A stretch of DNA of 64,000 nucleotides from Candidatus Heimdallarchaeota archaeon (GCA_030603365.1 JAUVXV010000010.1:79925-143924), one strand, 5' to 3'; positions 1 through 9,973 are shown, counted from the stretch's first letter. Notes: generated by a model not told the origin, from the sequence alone. A program made the numbers and translations.

Positions 1-116
1 TCTATTTTCTTCTTGGTATCGTCATCAGGTTTTAAATCTCGAATTGTAGGGATAAATTCTACAACTAAACCGAACTTTTTCTTCTTCCTGACTACTTTTC
101 TTTCGCGTCCAGACAT
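1..116 (-). CDS. 5' part of a hypothetical protein running off the window edge
   Basis: Reverse strand reads ATG(116) MSGRERKVVRKKKKFGLVVEFIPTIRDLKPDDDTKKKI, open to the edge; alternative in-frame ATG at 137. Confidence 0.6.
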   Translation of the reverse strand, partial: MSGRERKVVRKKKKFGLVVEFIPTIRDLKPDDDTKKKI

Positions 117-259
117 TTCTCTCGATTTTGCGTTCATGTGTTGATTTTTAAGTTATTCGATTGAATGCTTTTTATGAAGGAAAAATCTGAACTATTAAAA
201 AAGCAAAGCTAACCTCCCGTGAACCAAAATCTTGATAATTCAAGATTTAAAGAAAACAT

Positions 260-1255
260 ATGGACAAGTTGGATTTACTCTTAGATACTTTTAAAGGAAT
301 AAACAGTGATTACCCACTCTTTAGTTTGTGGAAACATTTCCCTAATATCGATAGAGACCCCCAGCAATTAGCTAAAAACCATGTCGATTTTTATAACAAG
401 TATGATTTTGACTTGATGAAGATTTCTCCCCATGGAAGATTTCCTGTAGTTGATTATGGGTGCACTGTTGGAGCAGATTATGATCCCATTACTGGCAGTA
501 CTCGTTGTGAGGATTGTTGTATTAAATCAATACAAGATTGGCAATCTTTAGAACCATTAAATGTTAGTGAAGGAGAATTAGGAAAACAAATAGAAACAGT
601 CAAACTGATACATAAGAAACTTGAATTTTTGCCAAAAATGATGACAGTGTTCTCTCCCCTGATGGTCGCATCAAAGATGGATCCTAATTTAGTTACAAAC
701 ATAAGAGAGCATCCTGATATTATTATAGATTCTATGTTCATCTTATTGAAAGATATAATAGAATATGCTGAAGCTTCAAAAGATGCAGGAGCAGAAGGTA
801 TTTTTCTAGCATCTCAACATTTTCGAAAAACAGATTTATCATTTGAAGAAGTTCAAAGATTTGAGATAAATTTTCTGGACAAATTCCTCTCTAGAATCAA
901 TAAAAAAGTTGATTTTACAGTTATTCATGTCCATGGTGAGGACATTAAATTCAAAGAAGCAGCTGATAAACTCCAGGTTGATGCTTTAAACTGGCATGAT
1001 AGATTGACTTGGCCATCTCTTGCAGAAGCTGCAAAAATGTTCCCAAAGGGTTTATTAGCTGGAATAGATGAAACAAAATCACTCGTTAATGGAAAACCAG
1101 AAGAAATACAGAATAACATTCTAGATGCATTTCAACAATCGATGAATTTTGATAATAGAATAATAATTGCTCCTGGTTGCGTAATCCCTATAACTGTTCC
1201 AGAGAAAAATATAGAGATTATATCAAAAACTATTAAGAAAGCAAGAAGAGGTTAG
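260..1255 (+). CDS. Uroporphyrinogen decarboxylase (URO-D/MtaA-like) family protein
   Basis: W.HFP N-terminus, GIFLA, IHVHG, LNWHD, C-terminal IIAPGC motif. Confidence 0.85.
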   Translation: MDKLDLLLDTFKGINSDYPLFSLWKHFPNIDRDPQQLAKNHVDFYNKYDFDLMKISPHGRFPVVDYGCTVGADYDPITGSTRCEDCCIKSIQDWQSLEPLNVSEGELGKQIETVKLIHKKLEFLPKMMTVFSPLMVASKMDPNLVTNIREHPDIIIDSMFILLKDIIEYAEASKDAGAEGIFLASQHFRKTDLSFEEVQRFEINFLDKFLSRINKKVDFTVIHVHGEDIKFKEAADKLQVDALNWHDRLTWPSLAEAAKMFPKGLLAGIDETKSLVNGKPEEIQNNILDAFQQSMNFDNRIIIAPGCVIPITVPEKNIEIISKTIKKARRG

Positions 1256-1261
1256 GTTAAT

Positions 1262-1915
1262 ATGAGCAAGAATAATCAGGAAAAGGATATAATAATATCA
1301 AAGATGCCGAAGAGAACTGGTTGGAAAGATTTCATCTTGAATCTGGTATTTAGCCTAATTATGATTGCAAGTTTCTATGTCTTTGTTATTTATGACCGTC
1401 CTGTAGATATTGCAGATTGGTTAATCAAGATTTTTGTTACAGTATTACCGCTTCTAATTTTTGGAAATAGAACAGTGAAAGAAATTTATTACACTAAGGA
1501 CTTCATAAGAATAGAAGGAACTAAGATACAGTATAGATCAACCCCATTTGTAATGACTGGTTTCAGGGTAAAGAAGGGGAGTATTGACATTAAAGAAATA
1601 AGAAAATATGGGTTGTCAAGAATTCCCAGAAAATTATCTCTAGATTTTTGGGGTCAGAAAACTAAAGCTATGACAGTAGTTCAACTTAAGAGTGGAAAAG
1701 AGTATTTTATTGGAGAATACTTTTCAAATGAAGACCTTGCTGAAATTTGTCTAAATATTAGACACATCTATCCTAAAGCAAGATTTACTACAAATATTCC
1801 TGATGAATTTCCCGAGTTAACAAAAAAAGAGAAAGATCTTGTTAAATCTAAAAAAATTAAGAAAATTGTTGACGAGGATGAAGAGCCAGAAGGTGTTGGG
1901 GTTCGAAAACGTTGA
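1262..1915 (+). CDS. Hypothetical membrane protein (2 TM plus soluble beta-rich domain)
   Basis: 217 aa ORF with two hydrophobic helices near the N-terminus. Confidence 0.6.
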   Translation: MSKNNQEKDIIISKMPKRTGWKDFILNLVFSLIMIASFYVFVIYDRPVDIADWLIKIFVTVLPLLIFGNRTVKEIYYTKDFIRIEGTKIQYRSTPFVMTGFRVKKGSIDIKEIRKYGLSRIPRKLSLDFWGQKTKAMTVVQLKSGKEYFIGEYFSNEDLAEICLNIRHIYPKARFTTNIPDEFPELTKKEKDLVKSKKIKKIVDEDEEPEGVGVRKR

Positions 1916-1960
1916 GAAGAATATCCTAGCTTTTATTAATAGAAAACGATAGAAATTAAC

Positions 1961-3022
1961 ATGATGGAATACAATCAACCAGTAAGTTTTTCTGTAACAA
2001 AAAGAAACATAGCAGTATTAGATTTTGGGGTTACATCTCTCAAAATAGTCATTTTAGACCCAGTCCACCCAGAAGAGCCTTTACATTTCCAACGTATTTA
2101 TCTTCCCTTGAGAACTAAAAAAGAGGAAGTTGAAAGTGTCCTCAAAACTCTTCTACGTTCTTATTCTGATTATCATATTCGCAAATTCATAATTACTACT
2201 ACAAGTCCTCTATTTGCTTCTGCTCAGGAAACAGTTGAATATATTATTATGTCAGTGACTAAATTTATCCATCCAACAAACATCACATTATACACTCATG
2301 ATGAGAAGTTTGTTTCAATAAATGAAGCATTAGTCGATCCAACCAAGGTTGTTTCGGTAGGCTGGAAGGCGCTAGGAAAAGGATTATGGCATATGGTGAA
2401 AAAAGACGGATTAGTAGTTGATTTCTCTACCAGAACCACTAGCTTTATTCCTGTGAAAGATGGAAAAATTCTCTCTGAATCTCAGTCTGACTTCGAAAGG
2501 ATGAAAAGAGATGAGTTGATTTTCTTTGGTTTCTTGGAAACAAATGTGGCATTCATACAACCAAGATTCGAGTTTAATGGAGAAACATACAATCTTCCAT
2601 TTGAACCTCATGTAATAATGGCAGATATATTTCTTATCACAGGCGATTTGAAATCTAATGATTATGTAACTGATACTCCTGATAAAAAAGCAAAGTTTAG
2701 AGAAGATGCCTTAGATAGGTTGAAAAGAATGTTGTGCATAATAGACGATCATTTCAGTGAGAATGATTTAGTCAAAGTTGCACACATATTAAAAGTTCGA
2801 ATGTTAGAGAAGATTAATCAGATAATTAATAAGAAATTACAAGAACATAATCTTTCAAGGATTTTGATAACAGGTATTGGGTCAAATCTCCTCTATCAGT
2901 ATCTCTATGAGAAAAATGAATCAAGAGATATCATTAAAGTATCCGATATATTAAAAACTGCAGAGATTAATCCTTCTTACAGTTTAGCTTTCATATACGC
3001 AACAAAAAAAGATGATGAATAA
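1961..3022 (+). CDS. Divergent MfnF/hydantoinase-oxoprolinase (ASKHA actin-like fold) family protein
   Basis: LDFG..SLK, VDFSTRTTSFIPVKDGKI, SDFERM...ELIFFG, DY..DTPD, ITGIGS match the MfnF layout. Confidence 0.7.
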   Translation: MMEYNQPVSFSVTKRNIAVLDFGVTSLKIVILDPVHPEEPLHFQRIYLPLRTKKEEVESVLKTLLRSYSDYHIRKFIITTTSPLFASAQETVEYIIMSVTKFIHPTNITLYTHDEKFVSINEALVDPTKVVSVGWKALGKGLWHMVKKDGLVVDFSTRTTSFIPVKDGKILSESQSDFERMKRDELIFFGFLETNVAFIQPRFEFNGETYNLPFEPHVIMADIFLITGDLKSNDYVTDTPDKKAKFREDALDRLKRMLCIIDDHFSENDLVKVAHILKVRMLEKINQIINKKLQEHNLSRILITGIGSNLLYQYLYEKNESRDIIKVSDILKTAEINPSYSLAFIYATKKDDE

Positions 3023-4260
3023 TGGCTGAGAGAGCTGATTTGAGGAATAGAATCAATGTGATGTTATTTCACTTTGATCAAAGATTAGGTCCAAGGTTAC
3101 TGTTCAATGTTGCTGAGATTCAAGATACAAGAATAACAGCATCATTAACTCGACTAATGGATTTTAATTTCCTTGAAGAAATGAAAGCTATAGTTAATGC
3201 CATGGCCAATGTTGTATATTCAAGCATGTTCTTCTCCATTCCAAATCCTACAGCAAGAGGTGGAGTAGAGCAATTCATGCTTTCTTTTATAATTTTTGAT
3301 CCTACAATAACCGAATATCTAACAATCTCTTCTTTAGAAGAAGAAATGTCAAAGATAATAAGCAATCTAATTCTTCTCTCTGAAATGTTCATCATTATAA
3401 CCTACAGTAATCCAGTGCTTGAGGATTTTCCCGAGGTAGAAAATACACTAAAATCATTGAGAGATAATGCAATTAATGTTTTCCAAGACATCTTTTATGG
3501 GCAATTTGAGGGAACCAAGGATGCTATATCACAAATATTAGGTAAAATTGGTTTCGAAGCAGGTAAACAAATTGTACAAGAACTGCGGATAGATGATGAA
3601 GGTTCAGTGAAATCTTATACTGAGGCCCTAGTTAATTCACCAATTCTTACAAGATGGGGAAATATTAACATTCTTCATTTTGACCCGGGAGAAAAAGTAG
3701 CTACAATATCTTTAGATAGATCTATTTGGACAGAATCTCTTGGAGTAATTGCAACAAAAACCTGTGCATTCATTGAAGGAATGTTAGAAGCTATTTTCAG
3801 TAAAATTTTAGATGAACCAATCATCTGTGATGAGATGAGATGTGCCTCTGAGTATAGTTACGTTAAAGATTGTATATTTCAGATAGCTCCAGGAGGAGGA
3901 AGTAGGGAGATAATAGCTTATAGAGAAGATCAAACTATCAAAGAGATGGGAGTGCAAGAAAGAGAAAAAACTATGGAGTTAATCACTTCGGCTATTGGAG
4001 AACAATTCTACTATGAACTAGATCCCATGATAAGATTAATCCAATTGTTTAACAAAGCACCATTCATTTCTGACCATTTTATCCAAGAGTCAGAGGAAGA
4101 AGTAAAATTTCTAGTAGTTTGTAATTACTGGAGATATCCTAATGAAATAATGTGTAACAGCTGTGAAAAGTGGATAAGAAATTCAAGCAAATTTCCTGTT
4201 AAACTAGTTAAGAGTAAACATCGTATTTGTGAAATAACATATGAAACAGAGAGTCAATAG
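3022..4260 (+). CDS. Longin/uDENN-like N-terminal domain fused to V4R domain(s)
   Basis: FHFDQRLGP and ARGGVE motifs; V4R GFEAGK...WG...CAFIEG...C.E.RC...C.F. Confidence 0.65.
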   Translation: MAERADLRNRINVMLFHFDQRLGPRLLFNVAEIQDTRITASLTRLMDFNFLEEMKAIVNAMANVVYSSMFFSIPNPTARGGVEQFMLSFIIFDPTITEYLTISSLEEEMSKIISNLILLSEMFIIITYSNPVLEDFPEVENTLKSLRDNAINVFQDIFYGQFEGTKDAISQILGKIGFEAGKQIVQELRIDDEGSVKSYTEALVNSPILTRWGNINILHFDPGEKVATISLDRSIWTESLGVIATKTCAFIEGMLEAIFSKILDEPIICDEMRCASEYSYVKDCIFQIAPGGGSREIIAYREDQTIKEMGVQEREKTMELITSAIGEQFYYELDPMIRLIQLFNKAPFISDHFIQESEEEVKFLVVCNYWRYPNEIMCNSCEKWIRNSSKFPVKLVKSKHRICEITYETESQ

Positions 4261-4267
4261 AGACTCT

Positions 4268-4534
4268 TCAAGTATCAAAGAAATTCTTTAGTTTGGTTTG
4301 AACTATTTTAGTTTCAACCTTTTTCCAAATTGTTTTACCTGATATGTATTGACTAACCCACCGGCTCTTAAGTCTAAGATTTTTACCTACGGCAATTTTA
4401 GGAATCCAAACTGGTTCGATTGTTAATCCATCAATTACTCCATAATAGGATTTGATAGAATCTACAAAGAGAAAATCTATCTTATATTCAGACAATGCTT
4501 CTTCTCTAGATTTAGTAATAACTTGTCCCATCAT
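4268..4534 (-). CDS. Small hypothetical protein
   Basis: 88 aa ORF overlapping the upstream stop (ATGA-type coupling). Confidence 0.55.
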   Translation of the reverse strand: MMGQVITKSREEALSEYKIDFLFVDSIKSYYGVIDGLTIEPVWIPKIAVGKNLRLKSRWVSQYISGKTIWKKVETKIVQTKLKNFFDT

Positions 4535-5052
4535 AGTTTCTCCAACAATCTTGTAGCATAGTCAACAATGAGAAGTTCATCACAAGTGTATGATTGAATG
4601 AAATTTTCCGCTCTCTTCAACCAAAGTTTGAGGATTTCTTTATCTGGATAATCCATTGTAACTAAGGTAAAGAGAACTTTGGAAGGGAGACGAGGAGCAA
4701 GGTCAGGATTGGAATTTGTTTCCCAAGCGAGAGAATAGTAGCCTATAGCTATTTCCAATTCATCCCGTATTGTATGAAGGTTCCCTAAATAGAAATAAGT
4801 TAAATTAGAGGAAAGATCGGATAAAGAAAGTTCTTGGAAGAATCGTATTGCAGAATCAACTTCTCCTTGTTGAATTAAACTAAGACCTAGAGTTAAAAGC
4901 AGGTTATATTCAAAATCAAATAGAGCATCGATTGCAGTTTGTTCTTTTTCTTCTGATTCTAAACTTAGCATGATTACTTTCATTAAAGAGTCTAGAAAAA
5001 TAGTATAAAAACCTAACAAAAAATCTCTCAAGATAAACAGAAGAAAACTCAT
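4531..5052 (-). CDS. TPR-repeat protein
   Basis: LGL.LIQQGEVDSAIRFF and YFYLGNL...DELEIAIGYY TPR patterns; true start probably later (about 4983/4970). Confidence 0.7.
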   Translation of the reverse strand: MSFLLFILRDFLLGFYTIFLDSLMKVIMLSLESEEKEQTAIDALFDFEYNLLLTLGLSLIQQGEVDSAIRFFQELSLSDLSSNLTYFYLGNLHTIRDELEIAIGYYSLAWETNSNPDLAPRLPSKVLFTLVTMDYPDKEILKLWLKRAENFIQSYTCDELLIVDYATRLLEKL

Positions 5053-5078
5053 CTAATTTCTGTTTATTACTCGTAGAA

Positions 5079-6176
5079 TTAGAATTTTTTCAAAAACTTC
5101 TGTAACTCTTCTTTAGTAAACTCAAAAACTACTTCTGAATTCCATTTCTTGTATCCTAAAATCTCATTTATTTTATGCATATGGATGTTAGCTGAAGAAC
5201 TACCTGTTGACCATGTTCTTACTTGTGTGGTTTTTAACATTCTCTCCAGCATTTGGTACTTTAAAGCTAATCCGAGACCATTTCCTCTATGTTCATGTAG
5301 AACACCTGTTTCCCACTGCCATGCAACCTGTGGTTGATAATCACTGATTACTGAAACAGTAATGCCAACTGGGTTTTTTGTTTTTCTTTCAATAGCGACG
5401 AAAGACAGAAAAGTTTCCCATCTCTGAAGATTATTATCACATTGCTCATCATAACGCTCTGTAGTTAGTTTTGTATTTTCTTCTGAAAGCTTCTCTCTTG
5501 GCATGTCATTCCAAACACATTCTATTAAATTGACGAACTTTGGATAGTCTTCTATATTTTCTTTGTAATTCAGATTATCAACAATTATTAGATCATAACC
5601 TTTCTGAAGTACTTTCTCTTTTTGTTTTTGAGCTTCTAAAGAAATCTCATCTAAATTATGCTCATCAAGATTCGCAATGTAAAAAAACTCTTCATAAGCT
5701 CGTTCATCCTTAATTTTATCATAAAAGTGCTCTTCTTTTGATTCACTCAAGTACCAAGCATACATTGTTTTGATCTGCTCTGGAATACTATTCACTATCT
5801 CTCTAAACATAATCATTCTGTTATTCTCTTTTTCCTTATTGTCCTGTAAGTGAATAAAATGCCAAGCTTGTTCTAAATTGTCATATTTTGTATTCCAGCC
5901 TAACCAAGCATAACTCATAACTTCATCATTCTCATTTACTCCTACAAATTGGAGGCTTTTTACCCAAGATAACTCAGGAACCTTCCAGTTTTTTCTATAG
6001 AAATTTAAGTGAGGAGGATCAGCAGGAAGGTATTCTCTTTGAGATTTCTGCATTAATTCGAATATACTCTCAAGATATTTTTCGGGAATGTCTTCCTTCA
6101 TCCCTGAGATGATGTTCTGAATTCTCATTTTGTCACACTCCAAAGAAATCGTTAAAAATCTGTTGAATTGAAACAA
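5079..6176 (-). CDS. GNAT family N-acetyltransferase (tandem GNAT)
   Basis: TGVLHEHRGNGLGLALK and N..M.KINE.LGY motifs; likely start MRIQN at 6128. Confidence 0.85.
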   Translation of the reverse strand: MFQFNRFLTISLECDKMRIQNIISGMKEDIPEKYLESIFELMQKSQREYLPADPPHLNFYRKNWKVPELSWVKSLQFVGVNENDEVMSYAWLGWNTKYDNLEQAWHFIHLQDNKEKENNRMIMFREIVNSIPEQIKTMYAWYLSESKEEHFYDKIKDERAYEEFFYIANLDEHNLDEISLEAQKQKEKVLQKGYDLIIVDNLNYKENIEDYPKFVNLIECVWNDMPREKLSEENTKLTTERYDEQCDNNLQRWETFLSFVAIERKTKNPVGITVSVISDYQPQVAWQWETGVLHEHRGNGLGLALKYQMLERMLKTTQVRTWSTGSSSANIHMHKINEILGYKKWNSEVVFEFTKEELQKFLKKF

Positions 6177-6217
6177 TTTCAGATAATACTTAAAATAGCT
6201 AGAACGAATAATTAATT

Positions 6218-7762
6218 ATGAGAAATCATCTTTCTATCATTTGCTTTATCCTTGTAATTTTAGCTCCATTTACTGGAACTGGATCAACTTTACAGCAAGC
6301 TAGTCCTACAATTGTCGATTATATCTATTGTAATAGTAATATTATAACAATTGATGATTCCAGCTCATTGTTTGAAGCTATTGCAATTAAAGATGGCATT
6401 ATAGTTGCCTTAGGTAGTAACGAAGAAATTCTATCAAATTATGAAGCAGAAAATAATCAATGCTATAATCTGGAAGGACGAACCATTATGCCTGGAATAA
6501 TCGATGGTCATACACACTATATGGCATCATTATTTTGGATTGGAGAAACAGAAACAATCTATGAATCTCAAATTTTAGCTTTAGCTAATGGCTATACAAC
6601 CTTAAATGAAAAAAGTATAGACATGGGTGAATTTCAATGGTTACAGGAAGCAGAACAAAGTAATACGCTTCGTCTTCGAGTAAACGCTTTTCTTATTTAC
6701 AATTATGCTTGGCTTGAAAATAATGAATCTGTATTAGTTGAACACTGGAATCCAGATTTAGAACCTCTACTAAATCATGACCGCAAGTTTCGTGTTCCTG
6801 GATTCAAAATCTATTTAGATGGAGCTTACGGACACCGAGGTTTTCCAGCAATGAGTGACCCTTATACACAGGAAATGATAGATTTATGGGGGATTATCAA
6901 TCCTTATGGAGATCTTTATTTTAATCAATCAGAATTAAATTCAGTAGTAGATTCTTTTCATGATAGAGGTTTTAGTGTAGCTGTTCACGCAATGGGTGAT
7001 AGAGCAACTGAAACAATCCTAAATTCTATAGAATATGCTTTGAATGGGACAGATAATGATAATGCACGACATCAGATTGAGCATAACAGCTTCATTAGAG
7101 AAGATCAAATCGCTAAAGCTTTATCACTTAATACTATTCATTCTGTTAGAGGCTACTTCCCAACTTATTGGCAGCAAGAATATGCTGATCTTTACAGTTC
7201 CATATGGATGGAAAGGACAGTAAACAGATACTCTCTGCCTGGAGAAGGACTTCATTCTTATCTAGAAACTGATTTTGGTTTTCTTCATGGTTATGATGAA
7301 GATAATTGGAGTAAATCAGCTAATATCAGACCTTTCCTACACTTATGGGGTTTGGTTACTAGAAAAGCAATTGATATTAATGGTACAATCCATGAACCTG
7401 ATCCTTGGGTTGCAGAACATGAAATTACAGTTGAACAAGCACTAAGAATGATGACCATAGAAGGAGCGTATGCAGTAAAACAAGAGGACTATATTGGTTC
7501 TTTGGAAGTTGGTAAATATGCAGATATAATAATTTTAACAGCTGATCCTCTAACAATTGATCCTGATGAGCTAAAAGATATTGAAGTTATGCTTACAATG
7601 GTAGAAGGAAAAATAGAATTCCAAATGGCAAGTCACTCATTCCCAATAACATGTGAGCTTTCAACACCAGGGACAGATACAACACCATGGACCATTCTCT
7701 TATCAATAACTGGAATATGTGTCATTGTTCTAATAACCACAAAAAAGATAAGAATAAAATAA
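6218..7762 (+). CDS. Secreted, C-terminally anchored amidohydrolase (Amidohydro_3/YtcJ-like)
   Basis: Signal peptide, PGIIDGHTH, K.YLDG, HAMGD, IEH, GSLEVGKYAD; C-terminal TM plus KKIRIK. Confidence 0.9.
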   Translation: MRNHLSIICFILVILAPFTGTGSTLQQASPTIVDYIYCNSNIITIDDSSSLFEAIAIKDGIIVALGSNEEILSNYEAENNQCYNLEGRTIMPGIIDGHTHYMASLFWIGETETIYESQILALANGYTTLNEKSIDMGEFQWLQEAEQSNTLRLRVNAFLIYNYAWLENNESVLVEHWNPDLEPLLNHDRKFRVPGFKIYLDGAYGHRGFPAMSDPYTQEMIDLWGIINPYGDLYFNQSELNSVVDSFHDRGFSVAVHAMGDRATETILNSIEYALNGTDNDNARHQIEHNSFIREDQIAKALSLNTIHSVRGYFPTYWQQEYADLYSSIWMERTVNRYSLPGEGLHSYLETDFGFLHGYDEDNWSKSANIRPFLHLWGLVTRKAIDINGTIHEPDPWVAEHEITVEQALRMMTIEGAYAVKQEDYIGSLEVGKYADIIILTADPLTIDPDELKDIEVMLTMVEGKIEFQMASHSFPITCELSTPGTDTTPWTILLSITGICVIVLITTKKIRIK

Positions 7763-7779
7763 AATGAAATGAAATAGGA

Positions 7780-7910
7780 TTAATTTAATCCTATAATGTC
7801 CCCATCTTCACTGTAGTCCATTCTATTAGCAGTTGGATTGAAGGGAATTAAGGGATTAAAACAAACTACAGTATACAGGAAAAAAGTACGAGCTCCAATG
7901 GTAGTCTCTT
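7780..7910 (-). pseudogene. fhs: Degenerate duplicate of the fhs 3' end (copy 1)
   Basis: Reverse strand reads PTANRMDYSEDGDIIGLN* versus fhs PAANRMDYTEDGNIIGLN*; DNA similarity fades out near 7900. Confidence 0.85.
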
Positions 7911-7978
7911 TCTTCTTTAGAATCTATAGGAGATTTATGAAAGACAACTATAAATAATACAAATGATATAATTTAGGT

Positions 7979-8350
7979 ATGTCTGAAGAGGAGATTAAAG
8001 AACTGGAAGAGTTCCTTTTACCATATGTTAATGACAGACTTGACAAGTGGTACATAGCTACTAAAATTGGAGAGTGTTTTATGTGGGTTGCTAGAGCCTT
8101 GATTAGATGTCTTCTAAATGTTACCGAGAAGATTCATTTGCATGAAATAACGTCGATTTCACTTTCTGAAGTTTATTTTATAGAAAAAATTAATATATTT
8201 CAGAATAAGGATGGTGCTATTTCCAGCTTTATGGAAATGGACCCACATAAAATTTCAGGAGAAATACACCAATGGATTATTCATCTTCAGGAAAATGGAA
8301 AACTCTCCGGAATATACGAAAGGCATACTGGATTTTATCGAAATAAATAG
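7979..8350 (+). CDS. Hypothetical protein, possible C-terminal winged-helix/PCI-like motif
   Basis: 123 aa ORF ending LQENGKLSGIYERHTGFY. Confidence 0.5.
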   Translation: MSEEEIKELEEFLLPYVNDRLDKWYIATKIGECFMWVARALIRCLLNVTEKIHLHEITSISLSEVYFIEKINIFQNKDGAISSFMEMDPHKISGEIHQWIIHLQENGKLSGIYERHTGFYRNK

Positions 8351-8351
8351 T

Positions 8352-8497
8352 TATGATAACTTTTGGGACATATATCAACTAAACCGCATCATGTTCATGA
8401 AAGAGGGAAAAAAGATGCAGTAGAAAGCGAGATGACAGGAAACTCTGATAACGACATACCTCTACTAATTGAAGTTTTGAAGATATTTCTAGTGTAA
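8352..8497 (+). pseudogene. Frameshifted remnant resembling DUF6516/TumE family
   Basis: YDNFWDI then, after a frameshift, STKPHHVHERG...DIPLLIEVLKIFLV*; similar to the [YW]DN...TxPHHxH motif. Confidence 0.4.
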
Positions 8498-8545
8498 AAA
8501 TGAGCATATTCTGTATGAAGAATTATGACATAGTAAAAGTTTGTT

Positions 8546-8597
8546 AAAAAAAAAGGGGTTTGCTCCAACTTCTGTTGGATTAGAACAGAGTGGAGTG
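8546..8597 (-). terminator. Hairpin plus U-tract after the 8619-9176 gene
   Basis: CTCCA..TCTGTT/AACAGA.TGGAG stem next to an A9 run on + (U-tract on -). Confidence 0.55.
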
Positions 8598-8618
8598 TGT
8601 TTCAAAGGTTATTTATGC

Positions 8619-9176
8619 TTAATAAGGCATAAAATAATTGTTCATAAAGGCTAAGTCTACTCCAGGAGTTACATAGTGTGCCATTCCTGGCATTGGTCCA
8701 CCGTCGAAGTTGAAGGCTGTTCTGGCTGTATGTTTGAGCCAAATAACTTTATCAGGATGTTCAGCTCCACCATCAACTGCTCTCATTTCATGTCTATGAA
8801 CATATCCCATACTGGCATATGCTTCAGCCTTTTCTGGACTCCATGTATCGATAATACCATGTACTATGAAAAGGAGTTCACCATCAGCTGCGTCAGAAGA
8901 CCACCATTGTGCCATTCCAAAAGGACCAGTGTTATAGTGTTTTCCAACGAACTGATTAGGTCCAGCTTGTACCCAGTAATGACCAGGAACATCGAATTCT
9001 CCATTAGGACCATCAGGCGCACCTGCCATGTAATAATCTATTCCATCAACATTGAAAACGATCCCATGTACAAAACCTTTAGCGTTTGCTGAGGTTGTTT
9101 CTGCAGATGCTAGTGCTGTTAAAGCAAAAATCGAAAGCATAAACAAACTCAGACCGATTGTTTTTGATTTATTCAT
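8619..9176 (-). CDS. Secreted His/Trp/Met-rich hypothetical protein
   Basis: Signal peptide; VPGHYW, KHYN, VHRHE, WLKH, MAHY motifs. Confidence 0.75.
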   Translation of the reverse strand: MNKSKTIGLSLFMLSIFALTALASAETTSANAKGFVHGIVFNVDGIDYYMAGAPDGPNGEFDVPGHYWVQAGPNQFVGKHYNTGPFGMAQWWSSDAADGELLFIVHGIIDTWSPEKAEAYASMGYVHRHEMRAVDGGAEHPDKVIWLKHTARTAFNFDGGPMPGMAHYVTPGVDLAFMNNYFMPY

Positions 9177-9195
9177 AATTCATCAAACCGTTAAG

Positions 9196-9217
9196 TGTTA
9201 CCAATATAATGGTAACA
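9196..9217. promoter_or_regulatory. Inverted-repeat operator TGTTACCA-N6-TGGTAACA
   Basis: Perfect 8-bp inverted repeat between a TATA-like element (about 9222) and the 9176 start. Confidence 0.55.
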
Positions 9218-9350
9218 TTACTTATAATTAAGTATCCAACTATAAATATATGTGGTTTAAACAAAAATAAACATATGATCAAAAAAACCAACTGCAAAAA
9301 AGATTATTGTAAGTTTAAATGTGTCAGTATAGATTGAAAATTCACTATAG

Positions 9351-9614
9351 TTGATTTATTTAACGCTAGGGGAACCAAAATATACGATGGGGGGGAAATA
9401 TTTGCTGTTAGTACAATTCAAATTAATACGACATTTATTTTACCATTTGATTTCGATGGTGTATATGAAAAAAATCGGAAGTGATTATGTTGGTTATTAT
9501 CATTATACGCTTAAAGTAACTGGAACAACTGAACCTACAGATTTTGGTTTCACAATAATAGGAGTAGTGATAGTCGTTATCTGGATTACTAAACATAGAA
9601 AAAAGAAAATATAA
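9351..9614 (+). pseudogene. Decayed surface-protein gene retaining only the C-terminal TM anchor
   Basis: Ends TGTTEPTDFGFTIIGVVIVVIWITKHRKKKI*; upstream part is broken by frameshifts and stops. Confidence 0.55.
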
Positions 9615-9637
9615 GAATGAATAAAAGTAGGGCTAGT

Positions 9638-9949
9638 TTAGTTTAACCCTATAATGTTTCTATCTTCAGTATAGTCCATTCTGTTAGCTGCTGGAACTGG
9701 AGGTAGTCCAGGCAGTAAGAACATGCTACCACAAATGGGAACGATAAAACGAGCACCAGTGTATAATCTGACCTCGTCAACATTAAGGGTCCAACCCTTG
9801 GGTGCACCCATGAGACCAATCTTGTCTGAAAGGTTGAGTTGAGTCTTAGCCATACAGAGAGGGAAGTCAGCAAAACCAAGCTTTTCGATGTAAGCAATAT
9901 CTTGGAGAGCTTGAGGTGAGCATTCTACGCCTTCAACACCATAGATTTT
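9638..9949 (-). pseudogene. fhs: Duplicate of the last ~104 codons of fhs (copy 2)
   Basis: Colinear with 12061-12372; 61 bp identical core (9705-9765 = 12128-12188); no 5' part of the gene. Confidence 0.95.
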
Positions 9950-9973
9950 TATTCGAAAAGGAGAAAGAAGCTT

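Noticed and set aside
8546-8597. SECIS element
   Set aside because: No in-frame UGA in the upstream gene; hairpin plus U-tract fits a terminator
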